From contig JBEKVQ010000002.1 of NCBI GenBank assembly GCA_049997815.1, positions 10,483-74,482 on the forward strand: DNA of 64,000 bases. The letters are read 5' to 3'. Source of the DNA: Minisyncoccia bacterium. GTDB lineage: Bacteria > Patescibacteriota > Minisyncoccia > UBA6257 > GWB1-50-10. Position 1 is the stretch's first letter. The number at the start of each line of letters is the position of its first letter. The notes below the pieces were generated by a model. It did not search any database. It was not told the origin of the DNA and saw nothing but the letters and a program-made list of their open reading frames with translations. Below are positions 28,118 to 38,545 of the stretch, piece after piece. Made by a program: the position numbers and the translations under genes.

Positions 28118-29086
28118 CTAAACGGATCGATTTTTTAATTCATCGATGATGCGGGTTTCTCTGGGGTCAACTTTGTTTATCTTTGCGAGACTAAGGGCTA
28201 CCCAGTGCGAAAGAGCGACGCTGTTCCAGGTCTTTTCCGATTCTCTCTTCCCGGCCAGCAGGACATCAACGCTTTTTATATTCCTCCTTGAGAGAATATT
28301 TTCCAAAAGCATCATTCTTCGGTCCTTAACAAGCCGTTTATCCATGAGCCAGAAGATTATCCAGCGACCATTCGCTTTCTCAAAGCCGGCGATTTCGTTG
28401 TGGTTCAGTTCCGGGAAAATGCTTGAAAAAGCGGGAACCTTCGCCGTTTCGTTGAAATTGGTTTTCCAAATGTAGCCCAAATGGGAGAATCGGGAATCGG
28501 TATAAACCAAAATATTCCGGTTCTTCGCCGCTTCGGCCAGTTTTTTGCCAAGACCCTTCATTCGGTTCGGCTCGATTAATTTCTTGGAGGAGGGAATTTG
28601 AAGGGGGAAAACCAGCTTGAGAATCTTGAGAAGTCCGTAGACCATTGTACCCGAGTACTCCCTCGGTGTCAAGTCCTGATGGTCGAAGGTGACCATGGGT
28701 AGGCGTTTTTTCCGCGCCAGAGCCAAGAGTTTTCCGCCGGACGTTACGACTGCGATGCCCACCCGGTTCTTTCTTTTCAGGACCGACTTCAAAATTGCGA
28801 TGGTTTCCTCAGTGTTACCGGAGAAGGAGACGGCGATGAAGAAAGGTTTCTTGAAATAGAGGGGCGGTAACGTCCCATCCCTTACGGCAACGACTGGTAC
28901 CGGGAGCCCGATTTCAACCTCGAGTTTTTTGAGGATGATACCGGGGACGCCCGAGCCGCCCATGCCGAAAACGACTATGCCGTCTGGCTTGATACCGGCC
29001 AATTTTTCCAGGTTTTCGGACGAGAGAAGGCCGTTAAGCGAGAGCTGTCGCCCGAATTCCGATAGGTTTTTTTCGTATGAGATCAT
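28118..29086 (-). CDS. Bifunctional phosphoglucose/phosphomannose isomerase (SIS domain)
   Basis: GMGGSG, SFSGNTEET, NETAK, PELNHNEI. Confidence 0.92.
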   Translation of the reverse strand: MISYEKNLSEFGRQLSLNGLLSSENLEKLAGIKPDGIVVFGMGGSGVPGIILKKLEVEIGLPVPVVAVRDGTLPPLYFKKPFFIAVSFSGNTEETIAILKSVLKRKNRVGIAVVTSGGKLLALARKKRLPMVTFDHQDLTPREYSGTMVYGLLKILKLVFPLQIPSSKKLIEPNRMKGLGKKLAEAAKNRNILVYTDSRFSHLGYIWKTNFNETAKVPAFSSIFPELNHNEIAGFEKANGRWIIFWLMDKRLVKDRRMMLLENILSRRNIKSVDVLLAGKRESEKTWNSVALSHWVALSLAKINKVDPRETRIIDELKNRSV

Positions 29087-29089
29087 GCG

Positions 29090-30703
29090 TTATTTAACGA
29101 CCAATACCTGGGCCACGTACCAACTGCTTACATTCTCGAATCTTTCGGCCGGGCTGGTCAGGAAGTTCTCGTTAAACCCCCCCAGGTCTTTCGTGTGAAT
29201 GTAGGTATAGGGCAGGGAAAAGAGAAAGACGGCTGGCTGATCGTTCAATATCATTGATTGAGCTTGCGTAAGGAGGTTGCTTTGCTTTGAGGAATCGCTG
29301 GTTTGCCGGACGGTTTCGATGAGATTGTCCACCTTCAGGTTTTGGTATAGGGCCAAATTGGAACCCGGATAGAGTTTTTGGGACGAGTGCCAGAATGGAA
29401 AGATGTCCACTGGATTTTCCAGAATGTTCCCGAAAAGTAGCATCTCGTAGTTCCGGGACTTTATCGTCGCATCCGTCGGGTCGCTCGGGTTGAAGGTTAC
29501 GATGTTCACCTGGTCCACGCCGACGTTCTGCCAACTGTCTTTGAGGATCCCGGCGATGTTCTTCAGGAAATCCACATCCGGAACGGAAAGTGAGATGATT
29601 ATCTGCTCGTTCTTGTTCTTGGTCTTGAATGTGTTTATGGATTGTTTGGCGGATTCCTGGTCGAAGCTGGAGTTGTCTCCGGCGATGGAACTGGTTGACG
29701 TAAGTCCGGGAGCGTTAATTTCCATTCCGTTCCCCCCAAGAACCTCTTTAATGAGCTGGTCCTTGTCCACGGCGGAAATCAGGGCATTCCGGACATTCTG
29801 GTCCTTAAGGAGAGGATTGCTGTTTTGGTTGAAAAAGACGGCGTAGTAGTCCGAAAGCGGGATTTTCTGAGCGGCCAGTCCCTTGAACTGGGTGGAGTCG
29901 AAATCAATCGGCGTTGCGCTCCCGAATCCGTTTATCTCGTGAAGTTTCAGTGCCTGGTAGACGTCATCGAGATTTTGAAAGAAGTTGAAGTAGAAGTCCT
30001 TTATGTAGGGTTTCTCGCCCACGTAATTTTCGTTGGGGACGAAGTGATACTGGGAGATAAAACCGTCCTTGCGTTTCGTGAAATCCTTGAATTTGTAGGG
30101 TCCGCTTCCGACCGGTTCCAAGTTGTAATCGGAGAGCCGGAAGTTCTCGGTCGGAATGTTCCCAAAAATGTGCTTGGGGATTATCGGAAGGCGCTCGACA
30201 TTATTTATGAAGAAGACGTAGGACAGGGGAAGGGTAAGTTTTATCTGCAATTCGCTCCCTCTTTCCGCCGCTACACCCTGCCAGCTCTTCAGGAGTGGAG
30301 AGCGGACATCCGGATTTTGGATGGTCTTTATGGTGAAGATAACGTCGTCCGACGTGAGCGGTTGGCCATCGTCCCATTTGAGATTCTCCTTGAGTTTCAG
30401 GCTGTAAGAACGGCCGTCGGGGCTCACTTCGTAGGCCGCAAGGAGATCAGAGAGCCGGCCGAAAACCATCTCGGATATCTCCTGGTCCACCGAGTTGCCG
30501 GACGTGACCGGATTTATCGCGATTGGCTGGCCGAGAAATCCTTCGCGGAACGAACCGCCCGTAATCGGCACGAAGACGCCGTCCTCCTCTATGGCGAATG
30601 CGGCGCTCGACGTAGCTGAGAGTATCAAAATCGCCAGGGCAGCGAAGAACCACTTTCTTTCGCTCGGAGAAAAGACAGAGAATATTTTTTTAAGCAGGTT
30701 CAT
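29090..30703 (-). CDS. Peptide ABC transporter substrate-binding protein (family 5)
   Basis: KWDDGQPLTSDDVIFT, PVGSGPYKF; N-terminal TM. Confidence 0.93.
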   Translation of the reverse strand: MNLLKKIFSVFSPSERKWFFAALAILILSATSSAAFAIEEDGVFVPITGGSFREGFLGQPIAINPVTSGNSVDQEISEMVFGRLSDLLAAYEVSPDGRSYSLKLKENLKWDDGQPLTSDDVIFTIKTIQNPDVRSPLLKSWQGVAAERGSELQIKLTLPLSYVFFINNVERLPIIPKHIFGNIPTENFRLSDYNLEPVGSGPYKFKDFTKRKDGFISQYHFVPNENYVGEKPYIKDFYFNFFQNLDDVYQALKLHEINGFGSATPIDFDSTQFKGLAAQKIPLSDYYAVFFNQNSNPLLKDQNVRNALISAVDKDQLIKEVLGGNGMEINAPGLTSTSSIAGDNSSFDQESAKQSINTFKTKNKNEQIIISLSVPDVDFLKNIAGILKDSWQNVGVDQVNIVTFNPSDPTDATIKSRNYEMLLFGNILENPVDIFPFWHSSQKLYPGSNLALYQNLKVDNLIETVRQTSDSSKQSNLLTQAQSMILNDQPAVFLFSLPYTYIHTKDLGGFNENFLTSPAERFENVSSWYVAQVLVVK

Positions 30704-30759
30704 AAACGGTTCGAGGATCCGCCCATTGGAACGAACGAGATTGCGTTTGCGGCCGGTGC

Positions 30760-30969
30760 CTACTGGATGAGGTTCAGTATCGCGAGGACCACAAAGATAA
30801 TTGCGGCTCCGATGGTTCCCCAGTAAACGAATTTCTCAATTCCCCTTCTGGTCTGATAAGGTGTCGCCCCCTGGCCGCCAAAAACCCCCGAAAGACCGCT
30901 CGAACGTTCCTGAATAAGAATAAGGCCGATCAAAATCATTGATATTACTATTTGTCCCCAGATCAACAT
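30760..30969 (-). CDS. secG: Preprotein translocase subunit SecG
   Basis: ILIQ..SGLSGVFGG...RRGIEK, two TM segments. Confidence 0.92.
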   Translation of the reverse strand: MLIWGQIVISMILIGLILIQERSSGLSGVFGGQGATPYQTRRGIEKFVYWGTIGAAIIFVVLAILNLIQ

Positions 30970-30981
30970 TGTTCTTATTTC

Positions 30982-31362
30982 TTACTTATATCCCATTTTC
31001 GCCGAGAGGCCGAAAACCAGATTCACGGCACTGATTATAATGGTAGCCAGAAGCAAAGGCAAATATCCCGCTATCGTTATCGGTGAACCCGTTCCGAAGA
31101 AAGCCAGAAGATAGGGGACGAGGAAGAGGCAGACGGCGTTTATGAGGATGGTGATCAGGCCGAAGGTCAGGACTAGAAGCGGCCCCAGGAGCAGTTTTAC
31201 GACCGGCCTGATGAACGTGTTGATGATGGTGAGCGCCAAGGCGGCGATGGCGAGCGCCAGGATGTCGCCGCTGAACGAAAAGCCCGCCACCAAATTGGCC
31301 GCTATGACTATGGCGACGGCGTTAGAAAATACATGGAAGATGAAGCGCCCGATGAACTTCAT
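30982..31362 (-). CDS. Phage-holin-family (YvlD-like) membrane protein
   Basis: NTFIRPVV...P...LTFGL...INA motif, four TM. Confidence 0.88.
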   Translation of the reverse strand: MKFIGRFIFHVFSNAVAIVIAANLVAGFSFSGDILALAIAALALTIINTFIRPVVKLLLGPLLVLTFGLITILINAVCLFLVPYLLAFFGTGSPITIAGYLPLLLATIIISAVNLVFGLSAKMGYK

Positions 31363-31377
31363 GTTCTTAATTATAGT

Positions 31378-31971
31378 TTATTTCGCCTGGTCGAAGGCCG
31401 TCATCTTGTCCTGAAAATTCTTGTTGAGGGTATTTATAAAGTCGGCCTTCTGATTCACGCTCTTTAAGGAATCCTCGGCCATTTTCCGGCTCACCGGGTT
31501 CTGGTCTATAACGGCGTTCGAGAGATTATTGAGGAAATCGTTCAGGGTGCCGGTGTAGGAGATGAACTCGCTTACGAGAGAAAGCTCCAATGCCACGGCT
31601 TCGTAGCCGAGTTGTTGGCGAGGCTGTTGAACGGTGTTCAGCGACTCGGCCATTTGCTGAAGCGTATGGGAAAGATCGAAGGCCTTCTGGTATGCGGTCG
31701 CGTTCGTGGCCTTGGCCCCGTTGATAAGGTTCAGAAGTTCGTTCACGTTGCCGCCATTTTGTATCAGGTTGGCTTGGGAAATTTTTTGGCCCGTCTCGCC
31801 TGTTAGTGTAACAATATCCTCACTCACCGCGGCGGCTTTCTGCCGGGCGGCCGTGAAATCGGCCGGAACCGCATTGGTCTGCATCGAACTGAAGAAATAA
31901 ATAAAGAGGCCGATGATTACCAAGAGCGGTACCAGTATCAAGGCCAGTCTTTCCAGTGTTGTTTTATCCAT
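31378..31971 (-). CDS. Membrane-anchored helical hypothetical protein
   Basis: N-terminal TM, helical composition. Confidence 0.75.
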   Translation of the reverse strand: MDKTTLERLALILVPLLVIIGLFIYFFSSMQTNAVPADFTAARQKAAAVSEDIVTLTGETGQKISQANLIQNGGNVNELLNLINGAKATNATAYQKAFDLSHTLQQMAESLNTVQQPRQQLGYEAVALELSLVSEFISYTGTLNDFLNNLSNAVIDQNPVSRKMAEDSLKSVNQKADFINTLNKNFQDKMTAFDQAK

Positions 31972-32090
31972 ATATGCTTATCGTAGAATAATAACATACG
32001 GTTTTGTTCTTATCCAAATGCGCACTTGGAACATCGCTTTTTTTGTGTAATTATATTCTGGTAGAAACAGGGAGGTTCACAAGGTAATCT

Positions 32091-32161
32091 GCGGGATTAG
32101 TTTAATGGTAGAACGTCAGTTTTCCAAACTGAGAGCAGGAGTTCGATTCTCCTATCCCGCA
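32091..32161 (+). tRNA. tRNA-Gly(TCC)
   Basis: GCGGGAT/ATCCCGC acceptor, TCAGT-TTTCCAA-ACTGA anticodon arm, GTTCGA T-loop. Confidence 0.96.
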
Positions 32162-32168
32162 CAATGAT

Positions 32169-32729
32169 ATGGTAACTAATGACTTCGAAAGGAAAATCAT
32201 AGAAGTTGCGAAGCCGTATTTTGAATTTTGTCGCAGTGGAGACTGGAAGCATGCGGAAAGAGTAGTGAACTGGGTTAAGGAGTTAGGAGAAGGCAGGAAA
32301 GATTTGGATGTTATTATAACTGCCGCTTATCTGCACGATGTCGGTTGGTATAAGGTTTTACCGAAAGGGAAAATAGATCTGGATGAAATGCTGAGGCACG
32401 AAATCGAGGCCAATCGAAATTCTTCCAGATATGTGCAGGAGGTGCTGGACAGGCTTGATTATTCCGAATCCGACGTTAAGAAGGTTCTGCGTTTAGTGGG
32501 AGCTGCCGATGATCACGAAGCCAGTCTCGAAGACGAAGAAATAATTGTTGATGCCGACAATTTAAGCAAGTTGTGTGTTGAGCATCTTCGGGAGAAGTAT
32601 CAGAAAGAAAGTTACAAAAAACTGATAAAACTCTGGGAAGATGAATTAGCCGATCAGATTAGGACGCCAAGAGGAAGGGCAATCTATCCCGGATTATTGG
32701 CAGATCTCAAGAGAACTGTCCTGGGGTGA
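32169..32729 (+). CDS. HD-domain protein
   Basis: H..RV, AAYLHDVG, DAD motifs. Confidence 0.88.
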   Translation: MVTNDFERKIIEVAKPYFEFCRSGDWKHAERVVNWVKELGEGRKDLDVIITAAYLHDVGWYKVLPKGKIDLDEMLRHEIEANRNSSRYVQEVLDRLDYSESDVKKVLRLVGAADDHEASLEDEEIIVDADNLSKLCVEHLREKYQKESYKKLIKLWEDELADQIRTPRGRAIYPGLLADLKRTVLG

Positions 32730-32879
32730 TTTTTATCAAGAATTATTGGCCCATCCTTGAAAAGGGCGGTTTTTCTGCTATCATAGCGTTTACGGAGGGC
32801 ATTCTCATGTAACGTTACACCCCGTTACACTTGGTCAAAAAAAACATAGAAACAAATCACTAAAACCATCGTTCTACAT

Positions 32880-33452
32880 ATGGAAGACGAAAGGAAGCTC
32901 ATTTCTAAGGCAAGAGAAGGCGAGGAAGAAGCCTTTGGCCAGCTTTACGACAAGTATATGCCGGCCATTTACCGTTTCGTCTTTTTGAAGGTGGGTGGGC
33001 ATAAGGCCCAAGCCGAAGATATCTGCCATGAGGTTTTCCTCTCCGCTTGGCAGAATGTCGGAAATTTCAAATTTCAGGGACATCCCTTTTCGAGCTGGCT
33101 TTACCGGATAGCGGGAAACGCGGTCATCGATTACTACCGCACCCGGAAGGTGAACGTGGACATCGAAAATATTCCCGAGGAGCCGGTGGTCGAAACGACG
33201 TCGCTTGCCGAACGGATGGACGACCGGCTGGATTTGGAAAATATTCACGAGTGCCTGAAGAGGCTTGAACCGAACTATCAGGACGTTCTGATAATGAAGT
33301 TCGTGGAAGAGCTTTCGAACAAAGAGATCGCGGTGGCGCTCCAAAAAAGCGAGGGTGCCGTGAGAGTCATCCAGCACCGGGCGATAAAACAGTTAAAGAA
33401 ATACGTAGAAGAAAATGGAAGACCGGATAATCACACAATTAAAGAAGCTTAG
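32880..33452 (+). CDS. ECF RNA polymerase sigma factor
   Basis: AFGQLYDKY, AEDI..EVF, FSSWLYRIA.N, region 4 HTH. Confidence 0.95.
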   Translation: MEDERKLISKAREGEEEAFGQLYDKYMPAIYRFVFLKVGGHKAQAEDICHEVFLSAWQNVGNFKFQGHPFSSWLYRIAGNAVIDYYRTRKVNVDIENIPEEPVVETTSLAERMDDRLDLENIHECLKRLEPNYQDVLIMKFVEELSNKEIAVALQKSEGAVRVIQHRAIKQLKKYVEENGRPDNHTIKEA

Positions 33453-33870
33453 AACGATCGAGCCGAGCCCGAATTTTGCGGCCTCGAGTCGGCGGACCAT
33501 TTTAGCCCTAAAGAAGGAGCCGGCTTTCGCTTGGTATCGTCTAAGATTAGCCGGAGTAATGGCGGGTCTCTTGGCGATTGTTGCCGCTGGAACGTTCCTG
33601 TTTTCGGGCAATAATGCTCCTACGGCATTCGCCAGTCCGGAGGTTTTGAACCAAGAGTTCGCCAATATGAAAATCAACATAGAACTCAACGATATAGACT
33701 ACAGTCAGAACGTGAGTCAAACCATTACCTCGGCGATTTCGGAAATTTCCAATAACAAAGGCAATCATTTGAACCAGGGCATTTTGCAGTCCGAGAACAA
33801 TGATATGAGCTTGGACGTAACGAACAGCAGTTCGGAGATTGACCAGCTTTTGGATAAAGTCATTCAGTAA
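33415..33870 (+). CDS. Probable membrane anti-sigma factor
   Basis: Overlaps ECF sigma gene; single TM after a short cytoplasmic helix. Confidence 0.65.
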   Translation: MEDRIITQLKKLRTIEPSPNFAASSRRTILALKKEPAFAWYRLRLAGVMAGLLAIVAAGTFLFSGNNAPTAFASPEVLNQEFANMKINIELNDIDYSQNVSQTITSAISEISNNKGNHLNQGILQSENNDMSLDVTNSSSEIDQLLDKVIQ

Positions 33871-33873
33871 AAA

Positions 33874-34782
33874 ATGAAGAAATTTTTAATCTCGTCGTTC
33901 ACAGTCTTTTTCGGCCTCTCGCTTTTTTTTGCGAGGCCGGTTTTCGCCGATAACGGTACCTCAACGGTTCAGAAGGCGCTTCAAAACGCTAAACAGTTTT
34001 TGGATGATCTGGTTACGGCCAAGGATGAAAATTCCGGAGATGATGTCGGGCTAAGGATCCAAACCTTCAGCCAGGTACTGAATCTTTCGGAGGCCGAAGC
34101 CAAAGATTTCGAGTTTAAACTTTTGGCGGCGGATAAGGACGCGAAACTGGATGCCTGGAAGAAATTGACCCTCAATGAATTTGACGGAGCGATAACCTTC
34201 TTCGATTCGCAAAAGGATTTGGTTAGCAACGCCAAGACCATTAATCTGGCTAAGATAAAGCAAGTCGCCCAAGATTTTAAATCGTGGCGCGCCGCGAATT
34301 ATCTGCCACTCGTAAGCCAGGCCCAGAGCTTCCTCCTCATAAAACAAGAAGCCAAGGCGATAGAGACCGCCCAAACAAGGCTTGAAAAGATAACGGGAGA
34401 TTTGGAGAATCTGAACCAGACCAGAATCAGTGGATCCGGCGATATAAACAATTCATTGATGAGATCCCGGCAAAACATTTCGGATGCAGTCGATTTGAAT
34501 AATCAGGCCTACGATCTTTTCAGCCAAAATTATGGCGTGGAGAATGCGCCCATGGTCTCCTCAACCGATCTCGTCGCTACGTCCTCCGATTCGACCGATG
34601 CAACAAGCACTGACGGTGCGGCATATTCAACTTTCACCGCATCTTCTTCCTTGACGGCTGATGCCGTTCCCAATCCCATCGTATCAATTAAGGATTTGGT
34701 AGGATCCTCCTTAAGTAAAATTAAGGACGCCTATCAAAACTTTATTGATATAAGCAACTTAGTGAGGAAGTTGCTTGGTTGA
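33874..34782 (+). CDS. Secreted hypothetical protein
   Basis: Signal peptide MKKFL...VFA; Ser/Thr-rich linker. Confidence 0.75.
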   Translation: MKKFLISSFTVFFGLSLFFARPVFADNGTSTVQKALQNAKQFLDDLVTAKDENSGDDVGLRIQTFSQVLNLSEAEAKDFEFKLLAADKDAKLDAWKKLTLNEFDGAITFFDSQKDLVSNAKTINLAKIKQVAQDFKSWRAANYLPLVSQAQSFLLIKQEAKAIETAQTRLEKITGDLENLNQTRISGSGDINNSLMRSRQNISDAVDLNNQAYDLFSQNYGVENAPMVSSTDLVATSSDSTDATSTDGAAYSTFTASSSLTADAVPNPIVSIKDLVGSSLSKIKDAYQNFIDISNLVRKLLG

Positions 34783-34803
34783 TTCCGCCTAACGGCGGGA
34801 ATC

Positions 34804-34832
34804 AAAAAACTCCCCGAGAAGGGGAGTTTTTT
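34804..34832. terminator. Bidirectional intrinsic terminator
   Basis: AAAAAACTCCCC-GAGAA-GGGGAGTTTTTT between convergent genes. Confidence 0.8.
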
Positions 34833-34844
34833 GCTGTTACGAAG

Positions 34845-35120
34845 TTATTTTACCGCTTCTTTCAAGAGCTTGCCGGCGCGGAATTTCGGTTTGGTTGCAG
34901 CTGCGATTTGGATCTTTTCGCCGGTCTTCGGGTTCACGCCCATTCGGGCTGCCCGCTTTGCCACCCGGAAGGTGCCGAAACCGGTAATGGCGACTTCTTC
35001 GCCGTGGGATAACGTCTTCACGATCGTATCGAAGAGCGCATCAACCGCCTGCTCAGACTGCTTTTTGGTGTCGATTCCCGCTGATTTCATTACCGCCTCT
35101 ACGAGGTCTGATTTCTTCAT
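34845..35120 (-). CDS. hup: DNA-binding protein HU
   Basis: GFGTF....RAARMGVNPKTGEKIQI...PKFRAGK.LK. Confidence 0.97.
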   Translation of the reverse strand: MKKSDLVEAVMKSAGIDTKKQSEQAVDALFDTIVKTLSHGEEVAITGFGTFRVAKRAARMGVNPKTGEKIQIAAATKPKFRAGKLLKEAVK

Positions 35121-35247
35121 TGTTATTTTAGGACATCCTAATTTCTCCGACCTTTTTTGATTGGCTTTATTATAGCAGATTTAATGTGATTTTAAGAGGG
35201 TTTTCCGCATTTCCCGCCTGCCTGTTAGTAGACAGGGTAGCCGGAGA

Positions 35248-36771
35248 TTATCTCGCGTACTCTACCGCCTTGACCTCGCGGATGACCGTAACTTTTATCT
35301 CACCGGGATATTTAACGTCTGACTGTATCTTATTCGCTATCTTTTTGGCCAGCTCCAGGGCACCGAAGTCATCTATCTTTTCGGGAACAACGAAGACCCT
35401 GACCTCCCGGCCGGCCGAGACCGCGTAGGATTGCTTTACTCCGTCAAAAGCGTTCACCACCTTCTCGATCTCTTCCAAGCGTTTCACGTATTTCTCGAGC
35501 GTGTCCCTTCTCGCACCGGGTCTTGCTGCCGATATCGCGTCCGCGGCGCCCACAATGTACGATTCCGGAGTTGCGTAGGGGTATTCATCATGGTGGGATT
35601 CCATCGCGTGGATGACCGCCTCGGAAATGTTGTATTTCTTAAGGAGCTTGCGGCCGATCTCTACGTGCGTTCCTTCCACCTCGTGATCTATCGCCTTACC
35701 GATATCGTGAAGCAGCGCGCCTTTTTTGGTGACCTCCACGTTCAGATGCAGTTCACTGGCTATCATTCCGGCAATGTGTGTCATCTCGATGGAGTGCAAG
35801 AGGACATTCTGGCCATAGCTGGTGCGGAAGTTCAACCGTCCCAGAAGATAAATGATTTCTTTTGGCAGGTCCAGGATGCCTACCTCGTAAGCCGCCTCTT
35901 CGCCGATCTTATGGATTCTGTCTTCCAGTTCCTGGCGGGCTTCTTCCACCTTTTCTTCTATTTTTGCCGGCTGGATGCGCCCATCCTTCAGAAGCTTTTC
36001 GAGCGAGATTTTCGCGAGTTCGCGGCGCATCGGGTCGAATGAGGAGAGGATGACGCTTTCGGGTGTTTCGTCCACGATAAGCTCAACGCCCGTGAGCCGT
36101 TCGAACGTGCGGATATTGCGGCCCTCGCGGCCGATTATCTTCGCCTTAAGCTCCTCGTTGGGCAGGGTCACCACGCTCGTCGTCACGTCCGCAATGGAAT
36201 TTCGGGCATAGCGCTGGATGGCGCCCGTGATTATTTCCATTCCCTTCTTTTCTATTTCATCGCGGCGTTCCCGTTCCAGTTTTGAAATCGCATCGGCAAT
36301 CTCTTGCCGGTGGCCCGTTTCGAACTCGCTGAAGATGGCTTTTTTCGCCTCTTCGCGCGAGAGCCCGGCTACGCGCTCTATTTCAAGAACCGCTTTTTCG
36401 TGGAGTCCCCTTACCTCCTCGTCTTTTTTCTTGAGCTCAATTTCTTTCTCGGCAATGCGGCGGTTTTGGCTCTCCAGTTCTTTGACGGTTCCTTCGAGCG
36501 AATCCTCTTTCTTTATCAGCCGTTCTTCAAGCCGGCGCAACTCCTGTTTGCGCTCTTTCTCTTCCTTTTGCCCCTCGGCTAAAAGGGAAGCCGCCTTGGT
36601 TTGGGCCTCAAGAACTATTTCCTTCGACTGCGTTCTGGCTGTTTCAAACTCTTTCTCCGCCTTCTGCTCCAGCGATGAATGAAGACGCTTGGCCACTCCC
36701 AAACGGATGAAGTAGCCGATTACGATGCCTAAAACCGCCAAACCGCCCGCTAACAGGGGGTCTTGAATCAT
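35248..36771 (-). CDS. rny: Ribonuclease Y
   Basis: TM, coiled coil, KH (IIGREGRNIR), HD (LLHDIGK), AARPGAR. Confidence 0.98.
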   Translation of the reverse strand: MIQDPLLAGGLAVLGIVIGYFIRLGVAKRLHSSLEQKAEKEFETARTQSKEIVLEAQTKAASLLAEGQKEEKERKQELRRLEERLIKKEDSLEGTVKELESQNRRIAEKEIELKKKDEEVRGLHEKAVLEIERVAGLSREEAKKAIFSEFETGHRQEIADAISKLERERRDEIEKKGMEIITGAIQRYARNSIADVTTSVVTLPNEELKAKIIGREGRNIRTFERLTGVELIVDETPESVILSSFDPMRRELAKISLEKLLKDGRIQPAKIEEKVEEARQELEDRIHKIGEEAAYEVGILDLPKEIIYLLGRLNFRTSYGQNVLLHSIEMTHIAGMIASELHLNVEVTKKGALLHDIGKAIDHEVEGTHVEIGRKLLKKYNISEAVIHAMESHHDEYPYATPESYIVGAADAISAARPGARRDTLEKYVKRLEEIEKVVNAFDGVKQSYAVSAGREVRVFVVPEKIDDFGALELAKKIANKIQSDVKYPGEIKVTVIREVKAVEYAR

Positions 36772-36847
36772 GATTGAAAATATTGGTTAAATTGGTTTTC
36801 ATCGACTTTTACCGGTTTAATTATATCGCTTACAATAAAGACAATCA

Positions 36848-38395
36848 ATGAGAAAGACGGTAATTTTGGCGATTCTGGACGGCTGGGGAATCGGGGCCTT
36901 GGACGAAAGCAATCCGATCTATCGGGCGGAACCGGCAACGATGAATTTCATCCGGAGCAATTTTCCGGCCGGAGCGCTTCAGGCATCGGGCATCGCCGTC
37001 GGGCTGCCGTGGGATGAAGAGGGGAACAGCGAAGTCGGGCACCTCACAATCGGCGCGGGTAAGGTCTTGTACCAGCACTTTCCGAGGATCTCGCTCTCGA
37101 TTAAGGACGGAAGTTTCTTCAAGAATGAAGTTTTGGTTGCGGCAATCGAGCACGCCAAGAAAAATAATTCCGCCGTTCACCTGCTTGGACTTCTCACGGA
37201 AGCGAACATTCATGCTTCGCTTGAACACCTTGAAGCACTCATAAAGATGATGCGGGACAACGGCGTGAAATTTTATCTACATGCTTTTGCGGACGGGCGG
37301 GACAGCGAACCGCACTCGATTCTCAAGATCCTAAAACGGCTCTCGGATGATTTGGGATTCGACATCCGTTCCGTACTCGTAAGCGTGAGCGGCCGTTATT
37401 ATGCCATGGACCGGGACAAGCATTGGGACAGGACCGAAAGGACATACGGCGTTTTGACGGGAATGAGTCCGAACCCAGTTCACTTGGAAGACGCGGTCAA
37501 GAAAACATACGACCGTAGTTTGGACGACGAATATATAGAACCCTCGACCGTAGGCGAACCGCATTTCATAAGCGAGAACGATGCGGTGGTTTGTTTTAAC
37601 TTCCGGGAGGACCGGATGCGTCAGCTTACGGCCTCATTCATTGACCCGGGATTCAAAGAGTTCCCGGTCAAAAATTTCAAGAATTTGTACTTTGCGACTT
37701 TCACGAGCTACGACCCGAAATTCAAGGCGCCCGTCGCCTTTCCCGAGGAGGTGGTGGAAAATCCCCTGGGGAAAATTCTGTCGGACCATGGTTTGCGCCA
37801 ACTGCGCATTGCCGAAACGGAAAAATACGCCCATGTCACTTATTTCTTCAATGGCCTTAAGGAACAGCCGTTCCCGAACGAGTTTCGGGTTCTCGTGCCA
37901 TCCGAGAATGCCGTCCGGTATAACAGTTATCCGGAGATGAAGGCCGTGCCCATAACCGACCGGGTGCTCGCGGCGCTTTCCGAAGGGACGTTCGATTTTA
38001 TTCTAGTGAATTACGCCAATCCCGACATGGTAGCTCACACGGGAGATTACGAAGCCACCCTGAAAGCGGTGAAGATTGTAGATAGGGAGGTGAGTCGGCT
38101 TATGGAGAGCGTTCTCGGCGGGGACCATATTCTCATGATCACGTCTGACCACGGGAATGCCGAATCGCTTTTGGATTTGAAGACCGGCGAACCGGAGACG
38201 AAGCATGACCCAAACCCTGTACCGTTCTATCTGGTGGGAAAGAAATATCGCCGAAGTTCTTCCGAAAATCCGCTTACGGCGCTTCCGGTGATGGGCATCC
38301 TTTCGGATATCGCGCCGACCGTTTTGGAATTGATGAATATACCGAAGCCACCCGAAATGACCGGCCAGAGTTTGTTGCCGCAGCTTTTGATCTAG
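36848..38395 (+). CDS. gpmI: 2,3-bisphosphoglycerate-independent phosphoglycerate mutase
   Basis: ILDGWG, GNSEVGH, DGRD, AETEKYAHVT, PDMVAHTG, SDHGN. Confidence 0.97.
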   Translation: MRKTVILAILDGWGIGALDESNPIYRAEPATMNFIRSNFPAGALQASGIAVGLPWDEEGNSEVGHLTIGAGKVLYQHFPRISLSIKDGSFFKNEVLVAAIEHAKKNNSAVHLLGLLTEANIHASLEHLEALIKMMRDNGVKFYLHAFADGRDSEPHSILKILKRLSDDLGFDIRSVLVSVSGRYYAMDRDKHWDRTERTYGVLTGMSPNPVHLEDAVKKTYDRSLDDEYIEPSTVGEPHFISENDAVVCFNFREDRMRQLTASFIDPGFKEFPVKNFKNLYFATFTSYDPKFKAPVAFPEEVVENPLGKILSDHGLRQLRIAETEKYAHVTYFFNGLKEQPFPNEFRVLVPSENAVRYNSYPEMKAVPITDRVLAALSEGTFDFILVNYANPDMVAHTGDYEATLKAVKIVDREVSRLMESVLGGDHILMITSDHGNAESLLDLKTGEPETKHDPNPVPFYLVGKKYRRSSSENPLTALPVMGILSDIAPTVLELMNIPKPPEMTGQSLLPQLLI

Positions 38396-38402
38396 ATCTA
38401 AT

Positions 38403-38521
38403 TTGTCGGGCCGCCGGGAATTGAACGTCGCTTCGCTCCCTAACACCCAGCGGTTTTAGTATTTCCGCCACGGGGAAACTTCCGTTTCCCCGACCCCTTT
38501 CCCGTTCAAATCCCGGCCCGA
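38403..38521. repeat. Direct plus inverted duplication of tRNA-Pro 3' end
   Basis: 38403-38426 matches 38543-38566 at 23/24 nt; inverted copy GTTCAAATCCCGGCCCGA at 38504-38521. Confidence 0.85.
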
Positions 38522-38545
38522 AAAACGATTCTCGATTTTATGTTG

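Noticed and set aside
30982-31362. Prophage suggested by a holin-family gene
   Set aside because: This YvlD-like family is common in chromosomes; its neighbours are secG and other housekeeping genes, with no phage genes.
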